A stretch of DNA of 64,000 nucleotides, taken from contig LNDW01000022.1 in assembly GCA_001464815.1 (NCBI GenBank), positions 76,290 to 140,289 on the forward strand, in the 5' to 3' direction. The translations under genes and the position numbers were made by a program. Below are positions 10,562 to 18,019 of the stretch, piece after piece. The notes under the pieces are model-generated. The model made no database searches. It was not told the DNA's origin and saw nothing but the letters and a program-made list of their open reading frames with translations. The number at the start of each line of letters is the position of its first letter. Position 1 is the first letter of the stretch. The DNA is from Betaproteobacteria bacterium Ga0077527 (GTDB taxonomy: Bacteria; Pseudomonadota; Gammaproteobacteria; Burkholderiales; SG8-41).

Positions 10562-10678
10562 CGCAGCGCGCTTTGAATATTTTGCACTGCTGCTAACGCA
10601 GCGCGCTTTGAATATTTTGCGCTACTGCTAACGCAGCGCGCTTTGAATATTTTGCGCTACTGCTAACGCAGCGCGCCG
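10562..10678. repeat. 35-bp direct tandem repeat, 3 full units plus a 12-nt partial unit
   Basis: Units begin at 10562, 10597, 10632 and (partial) 10667 with sequence CGCAGCGCGCTTTGAATATTTTGCGCTACTGCTAA. Units 2 and 3 are identical; unit 1 differs at about 3 positions. The partial unit merges into the stop codon and last codons of the minus-strand gene 10663..11364. Confidence 0.9.
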
Positions 10679-11364
10679 AACACCTTTTTCACGATGTCGC
10701 TGGTGGCTCCGACCGGATTCTGGCGGAAATTCTTTTCCTGCTCGGCAATCATCAGATAAAGACCATCGAGCGCCTTGCGCGTGACATAGGTCTCGATTGA
10801 GGCGTCTTCGGCCTTCACCAGGCCGAGTGAGGCGCCCTGGCTGGCCAGGCTGTTGTACTGCTGGGCCAGGCCGGCGCGGTCGGTGGCTTTTTTCACGATC
10901 GGCAGGAAACGCTGGGTGAGCTGGGTCTGCGTGGTGCGGCGGAAATAGTCGGTGGCCGCGGTATCGCCGCCGGTGAGTATCGCCTTGGCGTCCTGCACCG
11001 ACATTTTTTTGACGGCGTCCACCAGCAGTTGTCTGGCCTCCGGCGCCGCGGCTTCGGCGGCGCGGTTCATCGACAGCACCAGCTCGTCTGCCTGTTTGCG
11101 CATGCCCATCATGCGCAGGCCGCTTTCGATGCGCTGCAGGCTCGGAGGCAGCGGAATCCTGACCTTGGGATTGGCGAAATAGCCGTTTTCGGCACCCAGC
11201 AATTTGACCGCGGCTGCGGAACCATCGGTCAGTGCCTGCCTCAAACCGCTGGCGGCATCGGCATTGGAGAGATCGGCGATGCCCGCCACCGCGTGTGTGC
11301 TGGCCGCGAACGCGATGACAAATGCCGGCAGAACTCCGAAAATACGCGCAACAAAATTTTTCAT
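10663..11364 (-). CDS. DUF4197-like secreted protein
   Basis: 233 aa with a signal peptide (MKNFVARIFGVLPAFVIAFAASTHAVA). Then come SGLRQALTDGSAAAVKLLG..NGYF.NPKVRIPLP and a conserved C-terminal YVTRKALDGLYLMIAEQEKNFR. Confidence 0.75.
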   Translation of the reverse strand: MKNFVARIFGVLPAFVIAFAASTHAVAGIADLSNADAASGLRQALTDGSAAAVKLLGAENGYFANPKVRIPLPPSLQRIESGLRMMGMRKQADELVLSMNRAAEAAAPEARQLLVDAVKKMSVQDAKAILTGGDTAATDYFRRTTQTQLTQRFLPIVKKATDRAGLAQQYNSLASQGASLGLVKAEDASIETYVTRKALDGLYLMIAEQEKNFRQNPVGATSDIVKKVFGALR

Positions 11365-11376
11365 GACATATTCCCG

Positions 11377-11880
11377 ATGAGCAAATCCAGAAACCTGATT
11401 GTAGCGGTGGTGGTCGCGGCAGCGCTGGCCTTTGCCGGCCTCGCGGCATGGATGGCGCGCCCGGTGGCGCCGGCGGTGACCTTCATTACGTTGCAGGGCG
11501 AGAAAATCTCAAGCGACAGCCTGCGTGGCAAGGTTGTGCTGGTCAATTTCTGGGCCACCGACTGCGTGACCTGCGTCAAGGAAATGCCGGCGATAGGTGA
11601 GACCTACCGCAAATACCGAGACCGTGGTTTCGAGACCATCGCGGTGGCGATGCGTCACGATCCGCCCAACTACGTCATCAATTTCACCGAAAAAAACGCG
11701 CTGCCGTTCAAGGTCGCGCTGGATCCTGTGGGCGAACTCGCGCGCGCTTTTGGCGAAGTGAAGGTGACTCCGACCACCTTCGTCATCGACAGGCAGGGCC
11801 GGCTGGTGACGCGCATACTCGGCGAGCCGGACTTCGTGAAACTGCACACCCTGCTCGAGCAGAAACTGGGCGAAACCTGA
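11377..11880 (+). CDS. TlpA/ResA-like periplasmic thiol:disulfide oxidoreductase (thioredoxin fold)
   Basis: Track ORF 11029..11880. I prefer the ATG at 11377, which gives a membrane anchor (MSKSRNLIVAVVVAAALAFAGLAAW). Redox motif: VLVNFWATDCVTCVKEMP (CxxC). Confidence 0.85.
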   Translation: MSKSRNLIVAVVVAAALAFAGLAAWMARPVAPAVTFITLQGEKISSDSLRGKVVLVNFWATDCVTCVKEMPAIGETYRKYRDRGFETIAVAMRHDPPNYVINFTEKNALPFKVALDPVGELARAFGEVKVTPTTFVIDRQGRLVTRILGEPDFVKLHTLLEQKLGET

Positions 11881-11898
11881 AGCTGCAAAAAGGCATCG

Positions 11899-11960
11899 GC
11901 AGGATGGGGAGGATTTACAGGATAAAACCCCGCACTTGATCCTGCGTATCCTGTAAAAAT
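11899..11960. repeat. CAGGAT-type palindromic intergenic element, copy 1
   Basis: Sequence GCAGGATGGGGAGGATTTACAGGATAAAA..TATCCTGTAAAAA. The inverted arms TTTACAGGATA (11914-11924) and TATCCTGTAAA (11948-11958) lie between convergent genes. Confidence 0.7.
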
Positions 11961-11975
11961 GTGTTGCTTGCCTGC

Positions 11976-12695
11976 TTATTCGATTTTTCCGTCGAAGCGG
12001 TAACCGTAGCCGTGCACAGTGCAGATCAGTGACGGCTTTCTGCGGTTGCGCTCGATCTTGCGGCGCAGCTGGGTGACCAGCACGTCGATGGTGCGGGTCG
12101 ATGGTGTTTTTTCGCCCATCGAGATCGCATCCAGCAACTGCTCCCGCGTCAGGGCATGTCCTGCGTTGGCGACCAGTGTCGCCAGCAGCTTGAATTCGCT
12201 GGGCGTCAGGTTCAGCACCTTGCCATCCCGGTCGCGCAGGCAGCGGCTGGCCAGATCCAGGGTCCACTGTTCGAATTTGGGCCTGCTCAGAATCGCCGCG
12301 TTCTTTTTCTCGTCGGCACGGGCGAGCAGTCGTTTGATCTTGAGCAGCATCGCGCGTGCATCGAAGGGCCGCGCGACAAAATCGTCCGCGCCCAGTTCCA
12401 GCGCGGTGACCACGGTGTCGGGATCGGAGCGGCCTGAAGCCACCAACACAGGGGTCTGCAGGCGGGTACGCAATTGTCGCAACAGCACCAGCCCGTCCTC
12501 GTCGGGCAGGTCGAGGCCGAGCACGATCAATCCGAAGTGGCCGCGATCAAGCGCGGTGCGCATACGGGCTCCGCTTTCGGCCACGGTGATGACGTAACCC
12601 TCGTTTTCCAGGCCATATCGCAGCAGGGCATGAAAAGAATCGTCATCACTGACCAACAGCAGTGTTTTTTCAGGGATTGACTGCTTTTTTTCCAT
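11976..12695 (-). CDS. OmpR/PhoB-family response regulator (no cognate kinase gene nearby)
   Basis: 239 aa. The receiver domain shows LLLVSDDD, LIVLGLDLPDEDG (phospho-acceptor Asp) and a winged-helix output (LTPSEFKLLATLV..TRTIDVLVTQLRRKIE..VHGYGYRF). It is divergent from the candidate T1SS cargo gene. Confidence 0.9.
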   Translation of the reverse strand: MEKKQSIPEKTLLLVSDDDSFHALLRYGLENEGYVITVAESGARMRTALDRGHFGLIVLGLDLPDEDGLVLLRQLRTRLQTPVLVASGRSDPDTVVTALELGADDFVARPFDARAMLLKIKRLLARADEKKNAAILSRPKFEQWTLDLASRCLRDRDGKVLNLTPSEFKLLATLVANAGHALTREQLLDAISMGEKTPSTRTIDVLVTQLRRKIERNRRKPSLICTVHGYGYRFDGKIE

Positions 12696-12836
12696 TTTTT
12701 TGAAAATTAACCACTTTTTTTCTCAATATTTTGGAAATCATAACATTATTAATATAAAAATAGAATAAAAGCCTAAAAAATCAAGAATACAATCATCAGG
12801 CCTTAAATAAAACTTCAAGCAAAAGCTTGACTGGAT

Positions 12837-13793
12837 ATGGCCTTGAATCATCACGGCCATTTTGGTTGCGCAATGTCAGGGGCAGCAGAATTCGGGGGTG
12901 ATATGGGCGGCAAAAGCGGTTGGGGTTCGAAGTCTTCGTGGGGCAGCCAGAATAAAGGCTGCGGTCCCCGCAACAACAACGAACCCAGCATCCCGAGCGA
13001 GGCCAAATTGGTCGGCACCGTGACCGATGGCAAGGGTCTGGTCATTAACGTTTACGCGACCCAGGTCGGCAACGACGTGGTGTTCAATATCAAGGTGATG
13101 TCGGGCAAGGCCGATCTGCGCGGCTTTTTCCTGGATACCGACAACAACCAGGCCAACGACAGTGTGGTCAGGGTGGGTGGCAACGACAACACGATGAGCG
13201 GCACCGGCCAGAAGTTCGACAAGGGCTTTGAGATCGGCACCGCGGGCCGCAGCAAGGACGATATCAGCCACACCCAGATCACCCTGAAGAATGTGTCGCT
13301 GGACAGCCTTGACGGTCTGGATTTCGGCATCCGCGCCACCAGCGTCGGCAACAACCGCTGCGACAGCGTGAAGCTGCTGGGCGAGTTTGATTTGCCGGAT
13401 GCGCCGCCCCCTCCACCTCCTCCGGTACTTGGTAATTTCCCCGATTTCAAGGCGCTGTGCGGTGATGTTCAGCAGATTACGCTTTATTTTTCCGGCGGCC
13501 CCCGCGACGCCAACGGGGATGGCCTGTTCACGGTCAACCTGTACAACCTCGACCCCGGCATGGACGATGACCTCGACGGCCCACTGGCCTCGCTGCTGAG
13601 CACGCTTCGCCTGGCCGATCCCGGCATACCCGCCGACAGCGCGCTGCTCGGTGTCGCGATCAGGGGCGCGGTCTGCCACAACTATTACGCCATGGATGGC
13701 GATCCAGATGTCGATGCCGTGCCCGGCGGCGTGCTGGTGCAGGGCGCGGCGGTCGATGTGGCCTACGATTACCTGAACCTGTTCGCAGGCTGA
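12837..13793 (+). CDS. Hypothetical two-domain protein with poly-Pro linker; candidate type I secretion cargo
   Basis: 318-aa ORF with no Sec/Tat-like N-terminus. It has a Gly/Ser/Trp-rich head (GGKSGWGSKSSWGSQNKG), a beta-rich domain, a PPPPPPP linker (about 13403-13423) and an acidic C-terminal domain ending DVAYDYLNLFAG. I found no GGxGxD nonapeptides. The start is ambiguous: 12837, 12873, or 12903, the last preceded by GGGGGTGA. Function is inferred from context only. Confidence 0.6.
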   Translation: MALNHHGHFGCAMSGAAEFGGDMGGKSGWGSKSSWGSQNKGCGPRNNNEPSIPSEAKLVGTVTDGKGLVINVYATQVGNDVVFNIKVMSGKADLRGFFLDTDNNQANDSVVRVGGNDNTMSGTGQKFDKGFEIGTAGRSKDDISHTQITLKNVSLDSLDGLDFGIRATSVGNNRCDSVKLLGEFDLPDAPPPPPPPVLGNFPDFKALCGDVQQITLYFSGGPRDANGDGLFTVNLYNLDPGMDDDLDGPLASLLSTLRLADPGIPADSALLGVAIRGAVCHNYYAMDGDPDVDAVPGGVLVQGAAVDVAYDYLNLFAG

Positions 13794-13811
13794 TCCGGCC
13801 TGCATGCCAGA

Positions 13812-13839
13812 ACCGGCGGCCTGTCCGCCGGTTTTTTTT
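13812..13839 (+). terminator. Rho-independent terminator-like hairpin between cargo gene and ABC gene
   Basis: ACCGGCGG-CCTGT-CCGCCGGT followed by T8, 19 nt after the stop codon at 13793. Confidence 0.6.
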
Positions 13840-13922
13840 CGTCGGTGCGCGACGTGCTTTGCGCTAAAGTTCGCGGCCCTGCCGTTTTCCGCTGATTCAA
13901 TTCCCCCGCGCATTCATCCACC

Positions 13923-15623
13923 GTGCCCCCTGCATCCGAACTCAAAGAGCTGACCACCCCGCTGCGCAGCGCCTTCCGCGCGGTTGCCGTGTTCAGTCTG
14001 GCCATCAATCTGCTGATGCTGGCACCGGCTGTGTACATGCTGCAGATGTACGACCGCGTGCTGACCAGCCGCAACGAAACCACCCTGTTGATGCTGACGC
14101 TGATCCTCGCCGGCCTGCTGGCGCTCGACGCGGCTCTTGAATGGGTCCGCTCGAGGGTGATGGTCAGGGTCGGTGCAGCCTTTGACCTGCAGCTTAATCC
14201 GCGCGTCATGGAGGCCTCGTTTGCGCGCGCCCTCTCCGGCGGCACCGCGGCACGCGGTGAAGCGCTGGCGGATCTGTCAACGCTGCGCCAGTTTCTTGCC
14301 GGCAAGGGCTTGTTCGTGTTTTTCGACGCGCCCTTTGTGCCGATTTTCATGCTGGTGATTTTCCTGCTCGATCCCTGGCTGGGCCTGTTTGCGCTGGTCT
14401 CGGTCGTGCTGCTGCTGACATTGGCCTGGTTCAATGAGTGCCTGACCGCGCCGCTGCTTGGTGAATCCGCGCAGCGCCAGAATGTCGCGGCAAGGCTCGC
14501 CGGCAAGCAACTGCGCAACGCCGAGATTGTCGCCGCGCTGGGGATGGCGGGCAGTCTGCGCGAACGCTGGCTGGCGCAGCACCTGCGATTCCTTGGCATC
14601 AGCGGTATTGCCGCCGACCGTGCCGCGGTGTTCGGTGCGCTGACCCGGTTCACGCGCCTGCTGCTGCAGTCGGGGATACTCGGCGCAGGTGCCTGGCTGG
14701 TGCTGAGTGGAAGGCTGACGCCGGGCGGCATGATTGCCGCGTCGATCCTGCTCGGCCGTGCGTTGTCGCCGGTGGATCTGGCGATCAGTACCTGGCACAG
14801 CGTGGTTTCGGCGCGCCAGGCCTGGCATCGGCTGGATGTGCTGCTGCTGCAGCATCCGGCCCAGCCTGCAGCGGCCACCGTACTGCCGCGACCGGCCGGT
14901 CAGGTGCAGGCCGAGCAACTGGTGGTCGCAGCACCGGGCAGCCGCAATCCGATCATCCGCGGCGCACGTTTCCAGGTGATGCCGGGCAAGGTGGTGGCGA
15001 TCGTCGGCCCCAGCGCCTCGGGCAAATCGACACTGGCGCGTGCGCTGGTCGGCATCTGGCGGCCGCTTGCCGGCGCGGTCAGGCTGGATGGCGCCGACGT
15101 ACACGGCTGGGATCGCCGCCAGCTTGGTTCCTGGGTTGGTTATCTGCCGCAGGACATCGAACTTTTCGACGGCACCATTGCCGAGAACATCGCCCGTTTT
15201 GGCGCGGCCGATTCGGAGCAGATCGTCACCGCGGCAAGACGTGCCGGTGTGCACGAGATGGTGCTCGGCTTTGCCGCGGGTTACGACACCGTGATCGGCG
15301 AAAACGGCACGGCGCTGTCCGCCGGTCAGCGCCAGCGCATCGGACTTGCGCGGGCGCTCTACGGCGATCCGGCGCTGATCGTGCTTGACGAACCGGATGC
15401 CAGCCTCGACGAGGCCGGCGAAGCCGCGTTGCGTGCCAGCCTGCTGGCGCTGAAGGAGGAGCGGCGCACGGTGTTTGTGGTCACCCACCGTGCCACGGTG
15501 CTTTCGGTGGCGGATCAGGTGATGGTGCTGGTTGACGGCCAGGTGAGGGCATTCGGTGATCGTGAGCAGGTACTGAAGCCGGTGGTGCGAAACCCTGAAA
15601 GCGCCGCAGGACCCGAGCGATGA
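13923..15623 (+). CDS. Type I secretion ABC transporter (permease/ATPase), PrtD/AprD/HasD type without C39 peptidase domain
   Basis: 566 aa with a GTG start. The N-terminus FSLAINLLMLAPAVYMLQMYDRVLTSRNETTL is typical of this T1SS family. Walker A GPSASGKST, signature LSAGQRQRIGLARAL, Walker B LIVLDEPDASLD. Confidence 0.9.
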   Translation: MPPASELKELTTPLRSAFRAVAVFSLAINLLMLAPAVYMLQMYDRVLTSRNETTLLMLTLILAGLLALDAALEWVRSRVMVRVGAAFDLQLNPRVMEASFARALSGGTAARGEALADLSTLRQFLAGKGLFVFFDAPFVPIFMLVIFLLDPWLGLFALVSVVLLLTLAWFNECLTAPLLGESAQRQNVAARLAGKQLRNAEIVAALGMAGSLRERWLAQHLRFLGISGIAADRAAVFGALTRFTRLLLQSGILGAGAWLVLSGRLTPGGMIAASILLGRALSPVDLAISTWHSVVSARQAWHRLDVLLLQHPAQPAAATVLPRPAGQVQAEQLVVAAPGSRNPIIRGARFQVMPGKVVAIVGPSASGKSTLARALVGIWRPLAGAVRLDGADVHGWDRRQLGSWVGYLPQDIELFDGTIAENIARFGAADSEQIVTAARRAGVHEMVLGFAAGYDTVIGENGTALSAGQRQRIGLARALYGDPALIVLDEPDASLDEAGEAALRASLLALKEERRTVFVVTHRATVLSVADQVMVLVDGQVRAFGDREQVLKPVVRNPESAAGPER

Positions 15624-16948
15624 GCGAGCGGCCTGAGCTGCCGGGCGTGATTGCCGCGCCGGACGCTGATTACCGCCGTGCCACCCGCGGCGGCCTGTGG
15701 CTGCTTGGCGCCGGTTTTGGCGGATTCATGCTGTGGGCATTGCTGGCGCCGCTGGATGAGGGTATCCCGGCCCCGGGCAATGTCTCGGTTGAAAGCAGCC
15801 GCAAGCGTGTTGACCATGCCGCCGGCGGCATCATCGAAAAAATACTGGTGCGAGAGGGCCAGCCGGTCGAGGCCGGGCAGGACCTGATCCTGTTGAACGA
15901 AGTCCAGGCGCAGGCGGCGCTCAACGCCACACGCAAGCAGTGGCAGATTGCGCTCGCCGGCGAAGCACGGCTCAGGGCGGAACGCAGCGGGGCCACGACG
16001 ATGGCGCTGCCGCCGGAACTGGCCGATGCCCCAAGCGACCCCGATGTGGCTTCGGCGATACGCGCGCAGAGTGAGCTGTTCCGCGCCCGGCGCAACGCGC
16101 TGGCCGGCGAGCTGTCGATCATCCGTGAGTCGGCGCGTGGCCTTGAAGTGCAGCTGAAGAACCTCGACCAGTTGAAGGCCGGTCGCGAAAAGCAGATACA
16201 ACTGTTTGCCGAACAGCTGGCTTCATTCAACAAATTGCGCGAGCAGGGCTTCGTATCGCGCAACCAGTTGCTCGAAATCGAGCGCCAGCTGGCCGAGGTG
16301 CAGAGCCGGCAGAGCGAGGATCTTGCCAATATTGCCGGTATCAACGCCCGCCTGTCGGAATTCCGCATGCGCAGCGCGCAGCGCGAGATCGAATACCGCC
16401 GCGAGGTGGAAACCGAGCTGAGTGAGCTGCAGCGTGAGCTGGCCGCGCTTGGCGAGCGGCTTGCCGCGCAGCGCGACACCTACCAGCGGCTGACCATCCA
16501 GGCGCCGGTGGCGGGCACGGTGATGGATCTTGCGTATCACACCGTAGGCGGCACGATCAAACCCGGCGACCGCATTCTCGACATCGTGCCGGTCAGTGAC
16601 GCCTTGATCTTCGAGGCACAGTTGCCTCCGCAGTACATCGATCGCATCCATGCCGGTCTGCCGGCCGAGGTTCTGCTCGACGCATTCATGGCGCGTGCCG
16701 AACAGCCGGTGGTCAGGGGCAGGGTGGAGGTGGTGTCCGGTGATGTGTTGACCGATGCGCGCACCGGCAACCGTTACTATGCGCTGCGCGTCACGGTTTC
16801 CGGCGAGGAGCTGGCCAAGCTGCGCGGCCTGCAACTGCGTCCGGGCATGCAGGGTACGGTGATGATCCGCACCGGTGAACGTACGCTGATGAATTACCTG
16901 CTGCGGCCGCTGCTGCGCCGTTTCAGCACGGCGCTGGGAGAGGCGTGA
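15620..16948 (+). CDS. Type I secretion membrane-fusion (periplasmic adaptor) protein, HlyD/PrtE family
   Basis: 442 aa with an ATGA overlap with the ABC gene. It has an N-terminal TM segment (LWLLGAGFGGFMLWALLAPL), a long coiled-coil region, and a C-terminal beta-barrel (PGMQGTVMIRTGERTLMNYLLRPL). Confidence 0.9.
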   Translation: MSERPELPGVIAAPDADYRRATRGGLWLLGAGFGGFMLWALLAPLDEGIPAPGNVSVESSRKRVDHAAGGIIEKILVREGQPVEAGQDLILLNEVQAQAALNATRKQWQIALAGEARLRAERSGATTMALPPELADAPSDPDVASAIRAQSELFRARRNALAGELSIIRESARGLEVQLKNLDQLKAGREKQIQLFAEQLASFNKLREQGFVSRNQLLEIERQLAEVQSRQSEDLANIAGINARLSEFRMRSAQREIEYRREVETELSELQRELAALGERLAAQRDTYQRLTIQAPVAGTVMDLAYHTVGGTIKPGDRILDIVPVSDALIFEAQLPPQYIDRIHAGLPAEVLLDAFMARAEQPVVRGRVEVVSGDVLTDARTGNRYYALRVTVSGEELAKLRGLQLRPGMQGTVMIRTGERTLMNYLLRPLLRRFSTALGEA

Positions 16949-16974
16949 GAGCCTTCAGGAACAGGAAAAAACTG

Positions 16975-17056
16975 TTTATAGGATGGACAGGATATTAAGG
17001 AAGAAAAACGAAGGGCGCTTTTGACTTTATCCTGTAAATCCTGTCCATCCCATCCT
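16975..17056. repeat. CAGGAT-type palindromic intergenic element, copy 2
   Basis: The arms GGATGGACAGGAT (16981-16993) and ATCCTGTCCATCC (17038-17050) are perfect inverted repeats. The reverse complement of the right half (CAGGATGGGATGGACAGGATTTACAGGATAAA) matches the left half of copy 1. A T-run follows. Confidence 0.7.
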
Positions 17057-17073
17057 GTTGATTCGGGTTTTTT

Positions 17074-18012
17074 CTAAACCACCCCGGCATCGTGGGCCTG
17101 CTGGTCGGCGTGGTATGAGGAGCGCACCAGCGGTCCGCAGGCAGCATGCTGAAAACCCATTTTTTCAGCCTCGGCGCCGTACATTTCAAAAACTTTCGGC
17201 TCGACGTAACGCAGCACAGGCAGGTGGTGCGAAGACGGCTGCAGGTACTGGCCGATGGTCAGCATGTCGACGTCGTGGACGCGCAGGTCGCGCATGGTCT
17301 GCAGGATTTCCTCGTCGGTTTCGCCGAGGCCGACCATCAGCCCCGATTTGGCCGGCACGTGCGGAAAACGCGCCTTGAAATCCTTGAGCAGCTTCAGCGA
17401 GTGTGCGTAGTCCGACCCGGGTCGAGCCTGCTTGTACAGCCGTGGCACGGTTTCGAGGTTGTGGTTCATCACGTCTGGCGGTCCGGCCGACAGGATGTCG
17501 AGCGCGATGTCGAGGCGGCCGCGGAAGTCCGGCACCAGGATTTCGATCCGTGTCTGTGGTGACAGTTCGCGAACCGCGTGTATGCAGTCCTTGAAGTGCT
17601 GGGCACCGCCGTCGCGCAGGTCGTCGCGGTCAACGCTGGTGATCACCACGTATTTCAGTTTCAGCGCGGCGATGGTTTCGGCGAGGTGGCGCGGCTCGTC
17701 GGCATCCGGCGGTTTCGGCCGGCCGTGCGCGACATCGCAGAACGGGCAGCGCCGTGTGCACAGGTCGCCGAGGATCATGAAGGTGGCGGTGCCCTTGCCG
17801 AAACATTCGCCGATGTTGGGGCAGGTTGCCTCCTCGCATACGGTATGCAGCTTCTGCGCGCGCAGGATGTCCTTGATCTCCTGGAAACGCGGGCTGTTAC
17901 CGAGGCGCACCCGGATCCAGTCCGGTTTTTTCAGCGTTTCAGCAGGCACGATCTTGATCGGGATCCGCGCGGTTTTGGCCTGACCCTTCTGTTTTTCGCC
18001 GGGAGCGGTCAT
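17074..18012 (-). CDS. lipA: Lipoyl synthase (radical SAM)
   Basis: 312 aa. Motifs: [12 protein letters not shown] and [13 protein letters not shown]. Confidence 0.95.
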   Translation of the reverse strand: MTAPGEKQKGQAKTARIPIKIVPAETLKKPDWIRVRLGNSPRFQEIKDILRAQKLHTVCEEATCPNIGECFGKGTATFMILGDLCTRRCPFCDVAHGRPKPPDADEPRHLAETIAALKLKYVVITSVDRDDLRDGGAQHFKDCIHAVRELSPQTRIEILVPDFRGRLDIALDILSAGPPDVMNHNLETVPRLYKQARPGSDYAHSLKLLKDFKARFPHVPAKSGLMVGLGETDEEILQTMRDLRVHDVDMLTIGQYLQPSSHHLPVLRYVEPKVFEMYGAEAEKMGFQHAACGPLVRSSYHADQQAHDAGVV

Positions 18013-18019
18013 TGCAGGC

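Noticed and set aside
10562-10678. Possible CRISPR array
   Set aside because: The 35-bp units are directly abutting with no unique spacers, there are only three units, and no cas genes are nearby. This is a simple tandem repeat.
12855-12869. Sigma-54-like string GGCCATTTTGGTTGC at the 5' end of the T1SS cargo ORF
   Set aside because: The spacing is again off by one, and the -24 element is GGCC rather than GGCA. It would matter only if translation started at 12903.
12837-13793. RTX (GGxGxDxUx) calcium-binding repeats in the candidate T1SS cargo
   Set aside because: I read the whole translation and found no nonapeptide repeats. Only isolated D/G-rich loops (DANGDG, DDDLDG) are present, so I do not call it an RTX protein.
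11899-17056. T1SS block as a transposon or integrative element because it is flanked by related repeats
   Set aside because: There is no transposase, integrase or recombinase gene and no target-site duplication that I could see. The flanking elements are palindromic REP-like units, and another copy occurs at 25.4 kb with no cargo. I keep only the weaker statement that it is an accessory cassette.
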